The position numbers and the translations under genes were made by a program. The notes beneath the pieces were generated by a model, which was not told the DNA's origin, did not search any database, and was given only the letters and a program-made list of their open reading frames with translations. Shown one piece after another: positions 19,774 to 32,270 of a stretch of 64,000 bases of DNA. Every line of letters starts with the position of its first letter. Position 1 is the stretch's first letter. Origin of the DNA: an uncultured Acidobacteriota bacterium (GTDB taxonomy: Bacteria; Acidobacteriota; UBA6911; RPQK01; JAPXNP01); assembly GCA_963777605.1 (NCBI GenBank), contig CAVZRV010000027.1, positions 64,001 to 128,000 of the forward strand. The letters are read 5' to 3'.

Positions 19774-20997
19774 ATGCAAGGGACTGAACTCTTAGTCAGC
19801 ATCCTCAAGGCTGCCGACCTCCAGTTGCTGCGCAAAGCACTGCCACGAGCGTCGCATCAAGACTGGAATGGCCTCTTATCAGTCGCGAGCGCGTCCCGGA
19901 TTTCCCCCTATGTCTACACCCGGCTGAGGGGCCTGTGGGACGTAATCCCGGTCGCTGTGAAAAACCAACTCACGGCGGATTACCGCCGGAACGGTTGTCG
20001 AAACCTTTTGGTCCAGAAGCAGCTGTTCCAGATTGTGAAACCGTTCCAGGAAGCCGGCATACCTTTGCTCGCTCTGAAGGGCGTGCATCTGATTGGGGAG
20101 ATCTATCGAGATCCTTCTGCCCGGTACGTCGGAGACGTCGACGTAATGGTCCCCCGGTCCTGCCTTCAACAGGCGTCGGATCTTATGAATACGCTGCGAT
20201 TCAATTCGACCTCGTCCATCCCGGTTGAAGCAGAGGCCACCATCAGTCATCACTTGAAGCCGTTCGTAAACGGGAGCGGGATTCGGGTTGAAGTCCATTG
20301 GAATCTGTCCCGTCCCGCCGACAACTACCGCGTTAATCCCTCAGAATTCTGGAATCGGATTCGAACCGTCGAAAAGGGGCCCCTCAGGTTTCACGGTCTT
20401 GGACTCGGAGACCTCCTGTTCCATCTCTGCATCCACACGTCTCAGCACCATCAGTTCGACATCGGGCTCCGGGCGAGTTGTGACATCGCGGAATTGCTTG
20501 AAACCAGCCGCGACCAAATTGACTTCGACGCATTCCTGGACCTCGTGAGTCGAGCTGGCGCCAAAACTGGAACGTTCCTTGCGCTCAGTCTCGCACAGGA
20601 ACTGGCGGGGGCAAGAATCCCCGAACGAATTCTGACTCGCCTTGCACCCGAAGGTTCGTCGGATCGATTGCTCAATGCCGCCCGCAGCCTGGTCTTTGCA
20701 GAGAAGGCCAATCTTCGCTCGATCTCCAGAAACCTCGCCGGCTTCTGGGATGCTCCATCATACAGCTCGAGGCTGAGGGCTTTGGGTTCGCGGATCTTCA
20801 TTCCGCGCCTTGTACTGGCAAGAGCGTACGGCATTCCACCCACATCAAGATGGATCTACCTCTACTACCCGGTCCGGATCTTCGATCTCATGAGGCTGTG
20901 GGGAGGGTCGGCGCTCCAGCTGATGCGGCGAGACAAAACCTCCAGCGAGATTGCCGAATACCGGGCACTGATTTCGAAGTGGCTCTCGCCCCGCTGA
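19774..20997 (+). CDS. Uncharacterised nucleotidyltransferase family protein (NTP_transf_5-like)
   Basis: LALKGVHL...Y.DPSARYVGDVDVMV, VEVHW, HLCIH, DIAEL. Confidence 0.82.
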   Translation: MQGTELLVSILKAADLQLLRKALPRASHQDWNGLLSVASASRISPYVYTRLRGLWDVIPVAVKNQLTADYRRNGCRNLLVQKQLFQIVKPFQEAGIPLLALKGVHLIGEIYRDPSARYVGDVDVMVPRSCLQQASDLMNTLRFNSTSSIPVEAEATISHHLKPFVNGSGIRVEVHWNLSRPADNYRVNPSEFWNRIRTVEKGPLRFHGLGLGDLLFHLCIHTSQHHQFDIGLRASCDIAELLETSRDQIDFDAFLDLVSRAGAKTGTFLALSLAQELAGARIPERILTRLAPEGSSDRLLNAARSLVFAEKANLRSISRNLAGFWDAPSYSSRLRALGSRIFIPRLVLARAYGIPPTSRWIYLYYPVRIFDLMRLWGGSALQLMRRDKTSSEIAEYRALISKWLSPR

Positions 20998-21096
20998 TCC
21001 GAGCTCACTCAAGCGAACAGGGGCGCCCAACGGTCCCTGGATCCACTGTCCCCCGGCATGAAATCGCCAGCAACGCTTTGCCCTTCGGCAGTTCGG

Positions 21097-22074
21097 TCAA
21101 CTTGCCGGCTCCCGTTTGAAGTCGTTTTCCACCATTTCGGTGATCAGGTCGTCGAGCGTTCGCGTGTAGTTCCAGCCGAGTTGGGTTTGAGCCTTGGTGC
21201 AGTCGCCGAGGAGGATATCGACTTCGGCGGGTCGGAACAGGCGCTCGTCCTGGACCACGAATTCGCGGTAGTCGAGATCGACCAGCCGGAAGGCCTTCTC
21301 GCAGAACTCCCTGACCGAGTGGGTTTCGCCCGAAGAGACCACGTAGTCGTCGGGGCGCTCCTGCTGGAGCATTGTCCACATTGCGGTGACGTAGTCCCGG
21401 GCATGTCCCCAGTCACGACGCGCTTCCAGGTTTCCCAGCGGAAGCTTGTCCGCCAGGCCGAGTTTGATCCGGGCAACGCCGCGGCTGATCTTGCGGGTGA
21501 CGAACTCGTATCCGCGCCGGGGCGACTCGTGGTTGTAGAGGATCCCCGATGAAGCGTGGAGCCCGTAGGCCTCGCGGTAGTTGCGGGTCAGGTCGAAACC
21601 GGCAACTTTGGAGATCCCGTAGGCGGACCGCGGATGGAACGCCGTCATTTCGTTTTGGGGCGTTTCCCGGACGCGCCCGAACATTTCGCTCGATGCCGCG
21701 AAGTAAAACCGGCACCCGGGCACCACTTCCTTCAGGGCGGACAGCACGAAGTGCGTACCGTTGATGTTGGTGTTGAGTGTCGAGAACTCGTCCTCGAACG
21801 AGTAGCTGACAAAGCTCTGGGCCGCGAGGTGGTAGCACTCGTCAGGCCGCACCTCCTGAAAAGCCTTGAAAACGCTGGCGTAGCTCTCCAGGGAAGCCGC
21901 GTGAATCTGGATCTCGGGCAGGATGTGCTGGATGCGCCACATCCGGTGTTCCGGGTCCTCAAACGCCACCCGGCGAACTATGCCGTGGACGTCGTAACCC
22001 TGGTCAAGGAGGAACTCGGCCAGGTAACTGCCGTCCTGGCCGGTAATGCCGGTAATCAGTGCTTTCTTTGCCAT
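21097..22074 (-). CDS. gmd: GDP-mannose 4,6-dehydratase
   Basis: ITGITGQDGSYLAEFLL, LAAQSFV, SSEMFG, YGISK, NHESPRRG, GNLEARRDWG. Confidence 0.96.
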   Translation of the reverse strand: MAKKALITGITGQDGSYLAEFLLDQGYDVHGIVRRVAFEDPEHRMWRIQHILPEIQIHAASLESYASVFKAFQEVRPDECYHLAAQSFVSYSFEDEFSTLNTNINGTHFVLSALKEVVPGCRFYFAASSEMFGRVRETPQNEMTAFHPRSAYGISKVAGFDLTRNYREAYGLHASSGILYNHESPRRGYEFVTRKISRGVARIKLGLADKLPLGNLEARRDWGHARDYVTAMWTMLQQERPDDYVVSSGETHSVREFCEKAFRLVDLDYREFVVQDERLFRPAEVDILLGDCTKAQTQLGWNYTRTLDDLITEMVENDFKREPAS

Positions 22075-22133
22075 GAAGTGGCGGTAATGTAGCACATCGG
22101 GGCGACGGGCGCTGGGTGTTGGGGGAGGTCTGT

Positions 22134-22222
22134 CACTTCGTATTTCGGTTTCGGACTTCGACTTCGATGCTCGGCTTCGCCGTTCGGGATTCCCGGGTTC
22201 AGCGTTCCGCGTTCAAGATTCC
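22134..22222 (+). repeat. TTCG-periodic repeat copy D
   Basis: CACTTCGTATTTCGGTTTCGGACTTCGACTTCG...TTCGCCGTTCGGGATT...GTTCAAGATTCC. Confidence 0.85.
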
Positions 22223-22302
22223 TCCAGGTCCTATTTAGTCCCACTAATCCCATAAGTCGTACACGTCTTTTCAAAATGGGAACCTGGGGACAGAGTCTTT
22301 CC

Positions 22303-22351
22303 TGCAGGCTGGAAGCCTGCGATACCCATCAGGCTGGAAGCCTGGACTACA
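22303..22351. repeat. REP-like hairpins CAGGCTGGAAGCCTG (two here; relatives at ~11977, ~18198 reverse, ~23108)
   Basis: Short palindromes with a GGAA-type loop that recur in intergenic spaces. Confidence 0.7.
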
Positions 22352-22359
22352 TTGCGGTG

Positions 22360-22854
22360 CTACAGCTTCTCAACGTCGGCGGCGTCGATTTCGCAGGCGA
22401 CGGCCTGCTGGATGAGGTCCACCTTGATGACGAATCGGAAGCGGCTCTTCTTCTCGATGAGATAGCCGTCAAGGCCGCGAAGCGGACCCCGGCGGACTCG
22501 GACGCGGTCGCCGACGACCATTTCCGGAAAAGGGTCGTACGGGAGCTTGCTGAAAACCAGTGTCTTGACTGCCTCGATCTGGCCCGAGTCAACCGCTGCC
22601 GGCTCATTGTTGAACCCGATGATCCGAACCACGGAGGGAACTTTCAGGATATCGAGCCGGCGCTTCTGGACGTCGGTTCGCACGAAGAGGTAACCCGGAA
22701 ACAGCGGAAACTGGACCTCCTTGTGGCGGTCCTTCCACTTCGAGACGACGTTGCGCAGGGGAAGAAAGACCTCAATTTCCCTTTGCCACAGTTCCTCCGC
22801 GACGACTTTCTCGTGGCGACTCTTGGTGTAGATCGCGTACCAGTCGGTGTTCAT
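22360..22854 (-). CDS. UpxY-family transcription antiterminator (NusG paralog)
   Basis: WYAIYTKSRHEKVV, PLFPGYLFV, KOW GDRVRVRRGPLRGLDG; sits at the head of the polysaccharide locus. Confidence 0.9.
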   Translation of the reverse strand: MNTDWYAIYTKSRHEKVVAEELWQREIEVFLPLRNVVSKWKDRHKEVQFPLFPGYLFVRTDVQKRRLDILKVPSVVRIIGFNNEPAAVDSGQIEAVKTLVFSKLPYDPFPEMVVGDRVRVRRGPLRGLDGYLIEKKSRFRFVIKVDLIQQAVACEIDAADVEKL

Positions 22855-22930
22855 GAGCAAAATCGAAGAGATAATTCAAAGGCACCTTTGTGGCGCCGGA
22901 TCACTTAAAGAGTCAAACTCTGTTCAAATC

Positions 22931-23073
22931 GAGGAGCGAGAATCGGGAACCGGGAAGCGAGAATCGGGAATAATCCAACTCCTGATTGAGATGTGCCACG
23001 CCGGCGTTGGAAGCACCCCATTTCCATCATTTGACAACCATTCTCGATACTCGCTTCTCGATTCCCGATTCCT
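22931..23073. repeat. Inverted arms of degenerate heptamers (long stem-loop) between secA and upxY
   Basis: GAGCGAGAATCGGGAACCGGGAAGCGAGAATCGGGAA ... TTCTCGATACTCGCTTCTCGATTCCCGATTCC. Confidence 0.75.
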
Positions 23074-23142
23074 AACCTGGTCTCAGGTTGGAGGCTGCGA
23101 TCACGGCGACAAGCTGGAAGCATGTCCCACTCCAGTTTCAGG

Positions 23143-25920
<2,778 letters not shown>

Positions 25921-26174
25921 CTATTGACCATTCTATCGAACTTCGCCAAACGGGGCAGCCTTTCAGAGGGAAGCGCTCACCCCTAACACACGGGCGGGAG
26001 TCAAACTGGCTTCTCCGCGGCGGAGATCGTTCAAAAAGTGAAACTCAAGTCCGCGAACCCGGGGGCGCGGCTTCGCCTTACCCCCGGCTCTGTGTCCGTG
26101 CCATTCCACTTTTCAAGTCGACCCAGTCTCCAAGCTTCAGGATGAAGTTTTAGGTCGGCGGAGGCCGGATTCGG

Positions 26175-27638
26175 TCAATCTTCGACGCGGTAGTTGGGAG
26201 CTTCCTTGGTCACGACCACATCATGAACGTGACTCTCGCGGACCCCGTGGTGGGTCACCCGGATGAACTTCGCTTTCTTTTGGAGCAGCCGGATCGTCTT
26301 TACGCCGACGTAACCCATACCGGCGCGGACGCCGCCCATGAGAACGGGAACCAGGTTTTCCAGGCTGCCCTTGTAGGGGACCCGCCCTTCGATTCCTTCG
26401 GGAGCCAGTTTCCGCATCCCAGCTTCCATCGACAGACCGTAGCGGTCTGAGCTGTACCCTCTTGCCATCGCACCCTGGGATCCCATGCCACGATAGGATT
26501 TGTAACTTCGATTCTGGTAAAAAACCAGTTCCCCGGGGGCCTCGTCCGTCCCGGCAAACAGGTTGCCCACCATAATCGAACTGGCGCCTGCCGCGAGAGC
26601 CTTGACGATATCGCCTGAGTACTTTATTCCGCCGTCTGCAACGACCGGGACATCCAGCTTGCGAGCCACTTTGACCGTCTCCATAATCGCGGTTATCTGG
26701 GGAACGCCGGTACCGGTAACGATCCGCGTGGTGCAGATGCTGCCTGGCCCCATGCCCACTTTAAGCCCGTTGGCGCCCGCATCGACAAGCGCCTTGGCGG
26801 CATCTCCGGAAGCGATATTCCCGGCCACCACGTCGGCCGTCTTCAACTTCTTCTTGAGGGCCCGAACCCCGCTGATCACGCGGGCGCTGAAGCCGTGCGC
26901 CGTGTCAAGAACGATGACGTCCGCCCCGGCCCTCTCAAGTTCCCGCGCCCGTTCCACGAAGTCGCCGCTGGCACCCACCGCGGCCCCGACCCGAAGACGT
27001 CCGAAAACGTCCTTGGCCGCGTCAGGGTAGGTGATCATCTTCATGATGTCCTTGACGGTGATCAGGCCCCGAAGCCGGAACTTGTCGTCCACCACGGGCA
27101 GTTTCTCGATGCGATGCTCGTGGAGCTTCTTCTTGGCTTCCACCAGCGAAATCCCTTCCTTGACCGTGACCAGGTTCTCCTTGGTCATCAGTTCAGAGGC
27201 TTCGACATCCAGGTCGGTGGCAAACCGGAGGTCGCGGTTGGTCAGGATGCCAAGCAGGCGTCCCCGGTTATTGGTCACCGGCACCCCGGAAATCTTGTAC
27301 CGGTCCATGATCGCCAGGACTTCGCGCAACTTCGTTTCTGGGCCGACCTGAACGGGATCGACGATCATCCCCGACTCGGACCGCTTGACCTTGTCTACTT
27401 CGACAACCTGCTCGTCGATCGTCATATTGCGGTGAATGATCCCGATTCCTCCGAGGCGTGCCAGCGTGATTGCCATATTGGCTTCCGTCACCGTGTCCAT
27501 GGCAGCCGACGAGAGGGGGATGTTCAGGGGGATGTTCTGGGAGAAGACCGTTTTCAGATCCACCTCGGCCGGCAACACGTCGGATTTAGCCGGCATGAGA
27601 AGGACATCGTCGAATGTGAGAGCTTCGAGCAGTTCCAT
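26175..27638 (-). CDS. guaB: IMP dehydrogenase with CBS pair
   Basis: [36 protein letters not shown]. Confidence 0.98.
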   Translation of the reverse strand: MELLEALTFDDVLLMPAKSDVLPAEVDLKTVFSQNIPLNIPLSSAAMDTVTEANMAITLARLGGIGIIHRNMTIDEQVVEVDKVKRSESGMIVDPVQVGPETKLREVLAIMDRYKISGVPVTNNRGRLLGILTNRDLRFATDLDVEASELMTKENLVTVKEGISLVEAKKKLHEHRIEKLPVVDDKFRLRGLITVKDIMKMITYPDAAKDVFGRLRVGAAVGASGDFVERARELERAGADVIVLDTAHGFSARVISGVRALKKKLKTADVVAGNIASGDAAKALVDAGANGLKVGMGPGSICTTRIVTGTGVPQITAIMETVKVARKLDVPVVADGGIKYSGDIVKALAAGASSIMVGNLFAGTDEAPGELVFYQNRSYKSYRGMGSQGAMARGYSSDRYGLSMEAGMRKLAPEGIEGRVPYKGSLENLVPVLMGGVRAGMGYVGVKTIRLLQKKAKFIRVTHHGVRESHVHDVVVTKEAPNYRVED

Positions 27639-27769
27639 TGACAGATTATAGCAACCGGGTCAGACGAGGACAATTAGCCCTTTGGAGTGCTCGATTTGGT
27701 CCGTTTTGAGAGTGCAAAATCGACAGGTTCCGCACTTCCAAACTGGCTGGAAGGCTATAATTGTTGGGT

Positions 27770-28324
27770 ATGTGGACAGCTCTAATTCTTGCGGTGCTGA
27801 TGGTGAACGCTCCTGCGGCGCTGGAGGGGAACCCTTCCAGGGTCAACGAGATCCTGGTCCAGATCAAGCAAGGGAAAACCACCTCGGGGCCTGAACGCCT
27901 GGAGTTGACGGAGGAGGACGTCAACGCGTGGCTGAACCTGGTGGTCGAGAACCGGAAAGATTCCGGCGTCCGGCAGGCTCACGTCGATTTCCTCGGTGAG
28001 AACCGAATCGAAGGAACCGCCGAAATCGACATGGACAAGGTGAACCTCGAGGGGTACTCGGCACAACTCTTCAGGAGCCTCTTGCAGGGCGTCCAGAAAG
28101 TTGACGTGACGGGCACGCTCGAGTGTGCCGACGGCAAGGGTGAGTTCAGTATCGAACAGGCTTCACTGAATGGGGTCAGCGTTCCTGCCGTCCTGGTCGA
28201 GCAGATCCTCAGCTACGCGACCAGTCGGCAACCGCCCAACATCGACATCACAGAGCCGTTCGACCTGCCCTCCGACATCCGAAGTGTCGAGGTTCTCAAA
28301 GACAGGATCGTAATCAATCGCTGA
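27770..28324 (+). CDS. Secreted hypothetical protein (LmeA/DUF2993-like elongated beta fold possible)
   Basis: Signal peptide, LELTEEDVNAWL, PFDLP..IRSVEV. Confidence 0.7.
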   Translation: MWTALILAVLMVNAPAALEGNPSRVNEILVQIKQGKTTSGPERLELTEEDVNAWLNLVVENRKDSGVRQAHVDFLGENRIEGTAEIDMDKVNLEGYSAQLFRSLLQGVQKVDVTGTLECADGKGEFSIEQASLNGVSVPAVLVEQILSYATSRQPPNIDITEPFDLPSDIRSVEVLKDRIVINR

Positions 28325-28351
28325 GCTCGAGATTCAATCCGGATCGCTCAT

Positions 28352-28425
28352 TTGAAACGCGAAGTCGCGAAGATCGCCAAGGTCATGCTTGGTTTTAAGA
28401 AAGAAAATCTTTGCGCTCTTGGCGC
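28352..28425. repeat. REP-like imperfect palindrome (second copy at 63684-63772)
   Basis: TTGAAACGC.AAG.CGC.AAGATCGCCAAGG ... ATCTTTGCGC shared between the copies. Confidence 0.75.
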
Positions 28426-28450
28426 CGCCGTGAAGTCAGCCGGCACCGGT

Positions 28451-28657
28451 TCAATCCTTGGTGATGCGGATAACCTCGGAAACCCCGTCCATTCCCCGGA
28501 CGACTCCTTCCACCCCGCTCAGCCCGACCCCGACAACCCCGAGGATCGTCCGCTCGATGCCGGTTGAACGGTGGACATCGAAGTCACGGGAGACCAACTC
28601 CCGGATCACGGCCTCGATCTGCTTCTCGGTGGCACCCCGCTGCATGACGACGATCAC
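28451..28657 (-). CDS. Stand-alone N-terminal regulatory (ferredoxin/ACT-like) domain of type I-beta DAHP synthase
   Basis: MIVVMQRGATEKQIEAV...VHRSTGIERTILGVVG...GVSEVIRITKD*. There is no catalytic barrel. GTGA overlap with chorismate mutase. Confidence 0.8.
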   Translation of the reverse strand: MIVVMQRGATEKQIEAVIRELVSRDFDVHRSTGIERTILGVVGVGLSGVEGVVRGMDGVSEVIRITKD

Positions 28658-28965
28658 GGCTCTTTCTCCTTACCGCTTGCCTTCTCCTCGTCGAGCAATT
28701 TCCGGTGTTGACGCTCGGCGCGACGGGTCTCATCGATGATGCGCTCGAAAATCCGGCGAACCGCATCCGGCGTCAGGCTGCCAGTCGCAGCAGTCACGAC
28801 CTTCTTCATGACCTCTTCCTCGCGATCCGGGTCATATACCTGAGCGTCCATGACCGCCTTGATCTTCCCGATTTCGATGGCACATGTTGTCCGGGATCCC
28901 AGCAGGCGCACCAACTCGAGGTCCAGTTGGTCGATCCGATCTCTCCAGTAATCGAGCGTCTTCAC
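28654..28965 (-). CDS. Chorismate mutase (AroQ type)
   Basis: WRDRIDQLDLELVRLL..R...IGKIK...YDPDRE...IFERIIDE. Confidence 0.9.
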   Translation of the reverse strand: MKTLDYWRDRIDQLDLELVRLLGSRTTCAIEIGKIKAVMDAQVYDPDREEEVMKKVVTAATGSLTPDAVRRIFERIIDETRRAERQHRKLLDEEKASGKEKEP

Positions 28966-28978
28966 GGTCGCATTCAAT

Positions 28979-29734
28979 CTACGGCAGCAGCTGCTTTTTG
29001 ACAAATTCAGTAACGCGGGTTGGAAGGTCGCCACAGTTCCGGTGCTCCTCGATGAACCGGACAATGGCCGATCCCACGATCGCACCGTCGGCGAAAGACC
29101 AGACACGGCGAACGTCTTCCTTGGACTGAATCCCGAATCCAACACCCACCGGGAGTTGGGAATATCGCCGGATCCGTTTGACCATTTCCGGGAGAGACGC
29201 TCCAAGTTCGGTGTGCTTCCCCGTGACCCCGGTTCGGGCCACCAGGTAAATGAAACCGGTGGCCGCCTCCGCGGCACTGCGAATCCGCTCTTCCGGAGAG
29301 GTCGGGGCGACCAGGAAAACCGACCTTAATCCCTTCAACGAAGAACCGATTGTCGAATCCACCCCCCATTCCTCGGCAGTGATATCGGATACCAGCAAGC
29401 CATCGAGTCCGGCCCGGGTCCCTTCCTCGTCGAGACGCTCGATCCCGTAGGCCAGGATCGGGTTGAGATAGGTCATAAATATGAGCGGAACACTGGTTTG
29501 CAACCGCACGTCCCGCACCATCGCCAGGTAGTCGTCAATCGAGTAATGGTGTTTTAGGGCCTCGAACGATGCCCGCTGGATCGTGGGACCGTCGGCAATC
29601 GGGTCGGAAAACGGGATACCGATTTCGATCAGGGAGGCTCCCGAATCAGCGAGCCCGACAACCAGCTCGCGCGTGGTTTCGAGATCGGGGAACCCGGCCG
29701 TAACAAAAGGGATGAAGGCATTCTGACTGAACAT
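28979..29734 (-). CDS. trpA: Tryptophan synthase alpha chain
   Basis: EIGIPFSDPIADGPTIQ, GVTG, GFGI, DGAIVGSA. Confidence 0.97.
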   Translation of the reverse strand: MFSQNAFIPFVTAGFPDLETTRELVVGLADSGASLIEIGIPFSDPIADGPTIQRASFEALKHHYSIDDYLAMVRDVRLQTSVPLIFMTYLNPILAYGIERLDEEGTRAGLDGLLVSDITAEEWGVDSTIGSSLKGLRSVFLVAPTSPEERIRSAAEAATGFIYLVARTGVTGKHTELGASLPEMVKRIRRYSQLPVGVGFGIQSKEDVRRVWSFADGAIVGSAIVRFIEEHRNCGDLPTRVTEFVKKQLLP

Positions 29735-29853
29735 GTTTTCGTCCTGATCGACCCGTCGCGACTGGGAGGCTACGCCTCCCGATTGCTGCCGGGCCGGGAA
29801 AGGCGGAACCTTTCGGTCCCGCACCCCAATTCAATCCAGATCTCACAATCGAG

Positions 29854-31053
29854 CTACTTGCGGTCAAGGCCGGCAACCGTCTGAACGTCCTTATCTCCTC
29901 GACCGGACAGGTTGAGGATCACGACCTGGTCTCGAAAGCGCTCGGGATGATCGAGGAGATAGCCCAGCGCGTGAGCCGACTCGAGTGCCGGAATAATGCC
30001 CTCCAGCCGTCCCAGTTCGTGGAATGCCCGCAGAGCCGAATCGTCGTCGACCGAGTCATAGGTGGCCCGGCCCTGTTCCCAGAGGTTGGCATGTTCGGGA
30101 CCGATCGACGGGTAGTCCAAACCGGCTGAGACACTGTGCGTCTCAGCGATCTGGCCATACGCGTCCTGGAGAACATAGCTGAACGTGCCGTGCAAAACGC
30201 CAGGCGCTCCACCCTGAAAACGGGCGGCGTGATCCCCCAGGGACTGCCCACGGCCGCCGGCTTCGATACCGACCAGGGCCACTTCCGAATCATTGAGAAA
30301 TTCGTAGAAGAGCCCCATCGAGTTACTCCCCCCTCCGACACAGGCGATCAGGGCATCAGGCAGCCGGCCTTCCAGTTCCAGGACCTGCTTTCGGGCCTCC
30401 CGCCCGATCACTGCCTGGAAGTCGCGCACCATCATTGGGTACGGATGGGGTCCGAGTACCGAGCCCAGGAGGTAATGGGTGTTCTCGACGTTGGAAACCC
30501 AGTCCCGCATGGCCTCGTTGATGGCGTCCTTCAGAGTACAACTGCCAGAATCGACCGGGATCACCCGGGCGCCCAACATTTCCATCCGGTAGACGTTCAG
30601 CGACTGCCGACGGGTGTCCTCGGTGCCCATGTAGATCTCGCACTCCAGCCCGAGAAGAGCACAAACGGTGGCAGTCGCGACTCCGTGCTGCCCGGCGCCG
30701 GTCTCGGCGATAATCCGGGTCTTGCCCATCCCTTGGGCCAGCAGGGCCTGGCCGAGGGCGTTGTTGATCTTGTGGGCGCCGGTGTGGCAAAGGTCCTCGC
30801 GTTTCAGGTAGACGCGGGCCTGGACCTTCTCCGAGAGGCGCGAGGCCATAAACAGGGGGGTCGGGCGACCCACATAATCCTTGAGAAGTGCATCCAGACG
30901 CGAGTGAAACGTCTCATCCCTGGTTGCCGTGAGATAGGCTCTTTCCAGTTCTTCGACCGGGGCCATCAAGGTTTCCGGGACGAACCGCCCGCCGAACCGG
31001 CCATAGCGTCCGTGAGTGTCGGGGAAGTTCGTGAACTTGGTTGTATCAGTCAT
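29854..31053 (-). CDS. trpB: Tryptophan synthase beta chain
   Basis: [38 protein letters not shown]. Confidence 0.98.
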   Translation of the reverse strand: MTDTTKFTNFPDTHGRYGRFGGRFVPETLMAPVEELERAYLTATRDETFHSRLDALLKDYVGRPTPLFMASRLSEKVQARVYLKREDLCHTGAHKINNALGQALLAQGMGKTRIIAETGAGQHGVATATVCALLGLECEIYMGTEDTRRQSLNVYRMEMLGARVIPVDSGSCTLKDAINEAMRDWVSNVENTHYLLGSVLGPHPYPMMVRDFQAVIGREARKQVLELEGRLPDALIACVGGGSNSMGLFYEFLNDSEVALVGIEAGGRGQSLGDHAARFQGGAPGVLHGTFSYVLQDAYGQIAETHSVSAGLDYPSIGPEHANLWEQGRATYDSVDDDSALRAFHELGRLEGIIPALESAHALGYLLDHPERFRDQVVILNLSGRGDKDVQTVAGLDRK

Positions 31054-31067
31054 GATAATGAGCTACA

Positions 31068-31097
31068 GGTTTCTGGTTTCTGGTTTCTGGTTTCTGG
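31068..31097. repeat. Heptamer tandem repeat (GGTTTCT)x4
   Basis: Direct reading; lies just upstream of trpB. Confidence 0.9.
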
Positions 31098-31412
31098 CCG
31101 GCTTCTGGACCGGACCAGTCAAGACAGCCTTGGGTGAAAGGATCCTGCGACAATGGACGGCAGAAGGCACACTGATTCATCATTGACTATCCCACCCGTT
31201 CAGGGTCACCCCATCAACGACTCTTCGACTGTCGTCAGTAGCAAATTCAGTACGCGAGCGAAGCGAGCGCGACTCCGGTCGGAATGAAACCGCCAGAAGT
31301 CGAATCGAGGAAAGCGAACTGCAAGAAGGAGACGCTACCCAGGACCGGCAAAGGATCGGCGTCCGGCGACGCGCTCGTTTCACTCGCGTTCTGAAATACG
31401 GCTTGCTCAAGG

Positions 31413-32264
31413 TCAAGTTTCCCTCCCAAGGAGGCGTGCCAGTTCCGCTCCGGGGTCGTCCGATTCCATGAAGCTGGTGCCGATCAGGAAACCGGTGAAC
31501 CCCGCGTCCCCCAGTTCGATCAACTGGGAGCGATGGGAGATTCCGCTCTCCGCAACCAGGGTGAATCCCGCCTCGCCCTCAAGACGGCGAGCGACGGCAA
31601 ACGATGTGGCAAGGTTGACCTCGAACGTCCGGAGGTTGCGATTGTTGACCCCGATGAGACGACTTCCCGCTTCGACGGCCACTTCCAATTCGCGTTCATC
31701 GTGAACTTCAACCAACGCCTCGAGCCCGAGGTCTTCTCCAAACCGCATCAGTTCGTTGAGCTTTCCGGGATCGAGACCGGCAACGATCAGGAGGTAAGCG
31801 GACGCACCGTTTACGCGGGCTTCCCCCACCTGGTAGCGGTCGATGATGAAATCCTTCCTCAACATGGGAAGCCGGCGGAGGCGCCAGTCCTCGTGCCCTT
31901 CCCGTTCGAACTCCTCATCGGATAACGCCCAGAGTCGCTCCTGCACTTTCCTCACCCGGTCGAGGTAGGAAAGATCCCCCTTGAAGAAACGCTTGTCGGT
32001 CAGGATTGAAAGAGCTGCGGCACCGCCGATCGCATAGGAACGGGCCACGGACTCCGGTGGGTCCTGGCATCGAAAGGCCCCGTGACTCGGGCTGCTGTAC
32101 TTGATTTCCGCAATCACTGCCAACCCCGCAGCCCGAAGCGCGTCCGAGAAGACGGGCGCGGGTTCACCCCCGCAACGATCGAGGAGGCGGCTCAAAGACA
32201 GGTCCTCCTTCAAAGCTGCGACCTCTTCTACCTTCACACTTAGAATCTGATCGAGTATCGACAC
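31413..32264 (-). CDS. trpC: Indole-3-glycerol-phosphate synthase
   Basis: IAEIK..SPS.G, LRKDFI, LVEVH, GVNNRNL, AESGI. Confidence 0.96.
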   Translation of the reverse strand: MSILDQILSVKVEEVAALKEDLSLSRLLDRCGGEPAPVFSDALRAAGLAVIAEIKYSSPSHGAFRCQDPPESVARSYAIGGAAALSILTDKRFFKGDLSYLDRVRKVQERLWALSDEEFEREGHEDWRLRRLPMLRKDFIIDRYQVGEARVNGASAYLLIVAGLDPGKLNELMRFGEDLGLEALVEVHDERELEVAVEAGSRLIGVNNRNLRTFEVNLATSFAVARRLEGEAGFTLVAESGISHRSQLIELGDAGFTGFLIGTSFMESDDPGAELARLLGRET

Positions 32265-32270
32265 GGCTCT

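Noticed and set aside
19774-20997. Lasso-peptide cluster suggested by the NTP_transf_5-like gene
   Set aside because: No adjacent precursor, PqqD/RRE, B-protease or asparagine-synthetase-like cyclase is present.
22079-22088. GGCGGTAAT resembling an RfaH ops element
   Set aside because: It is on the wrong strand for the minus-strand operon and is an imperfect match.
12496-22222. TTCG repeats as a CRISPR array or classical attC sites
   Set aside because: There is no regular repeat-spacer period and no cas or intI gene. The units are not palindromic with RYYYAAC/GTTRRRY ends.
31180-31416. 78-aa ORF between trpC and trpB
   Set aside because: The product is Arg/Ser-rich with no recognisable motif and overlaps REP-like sequence; probably non-coding.
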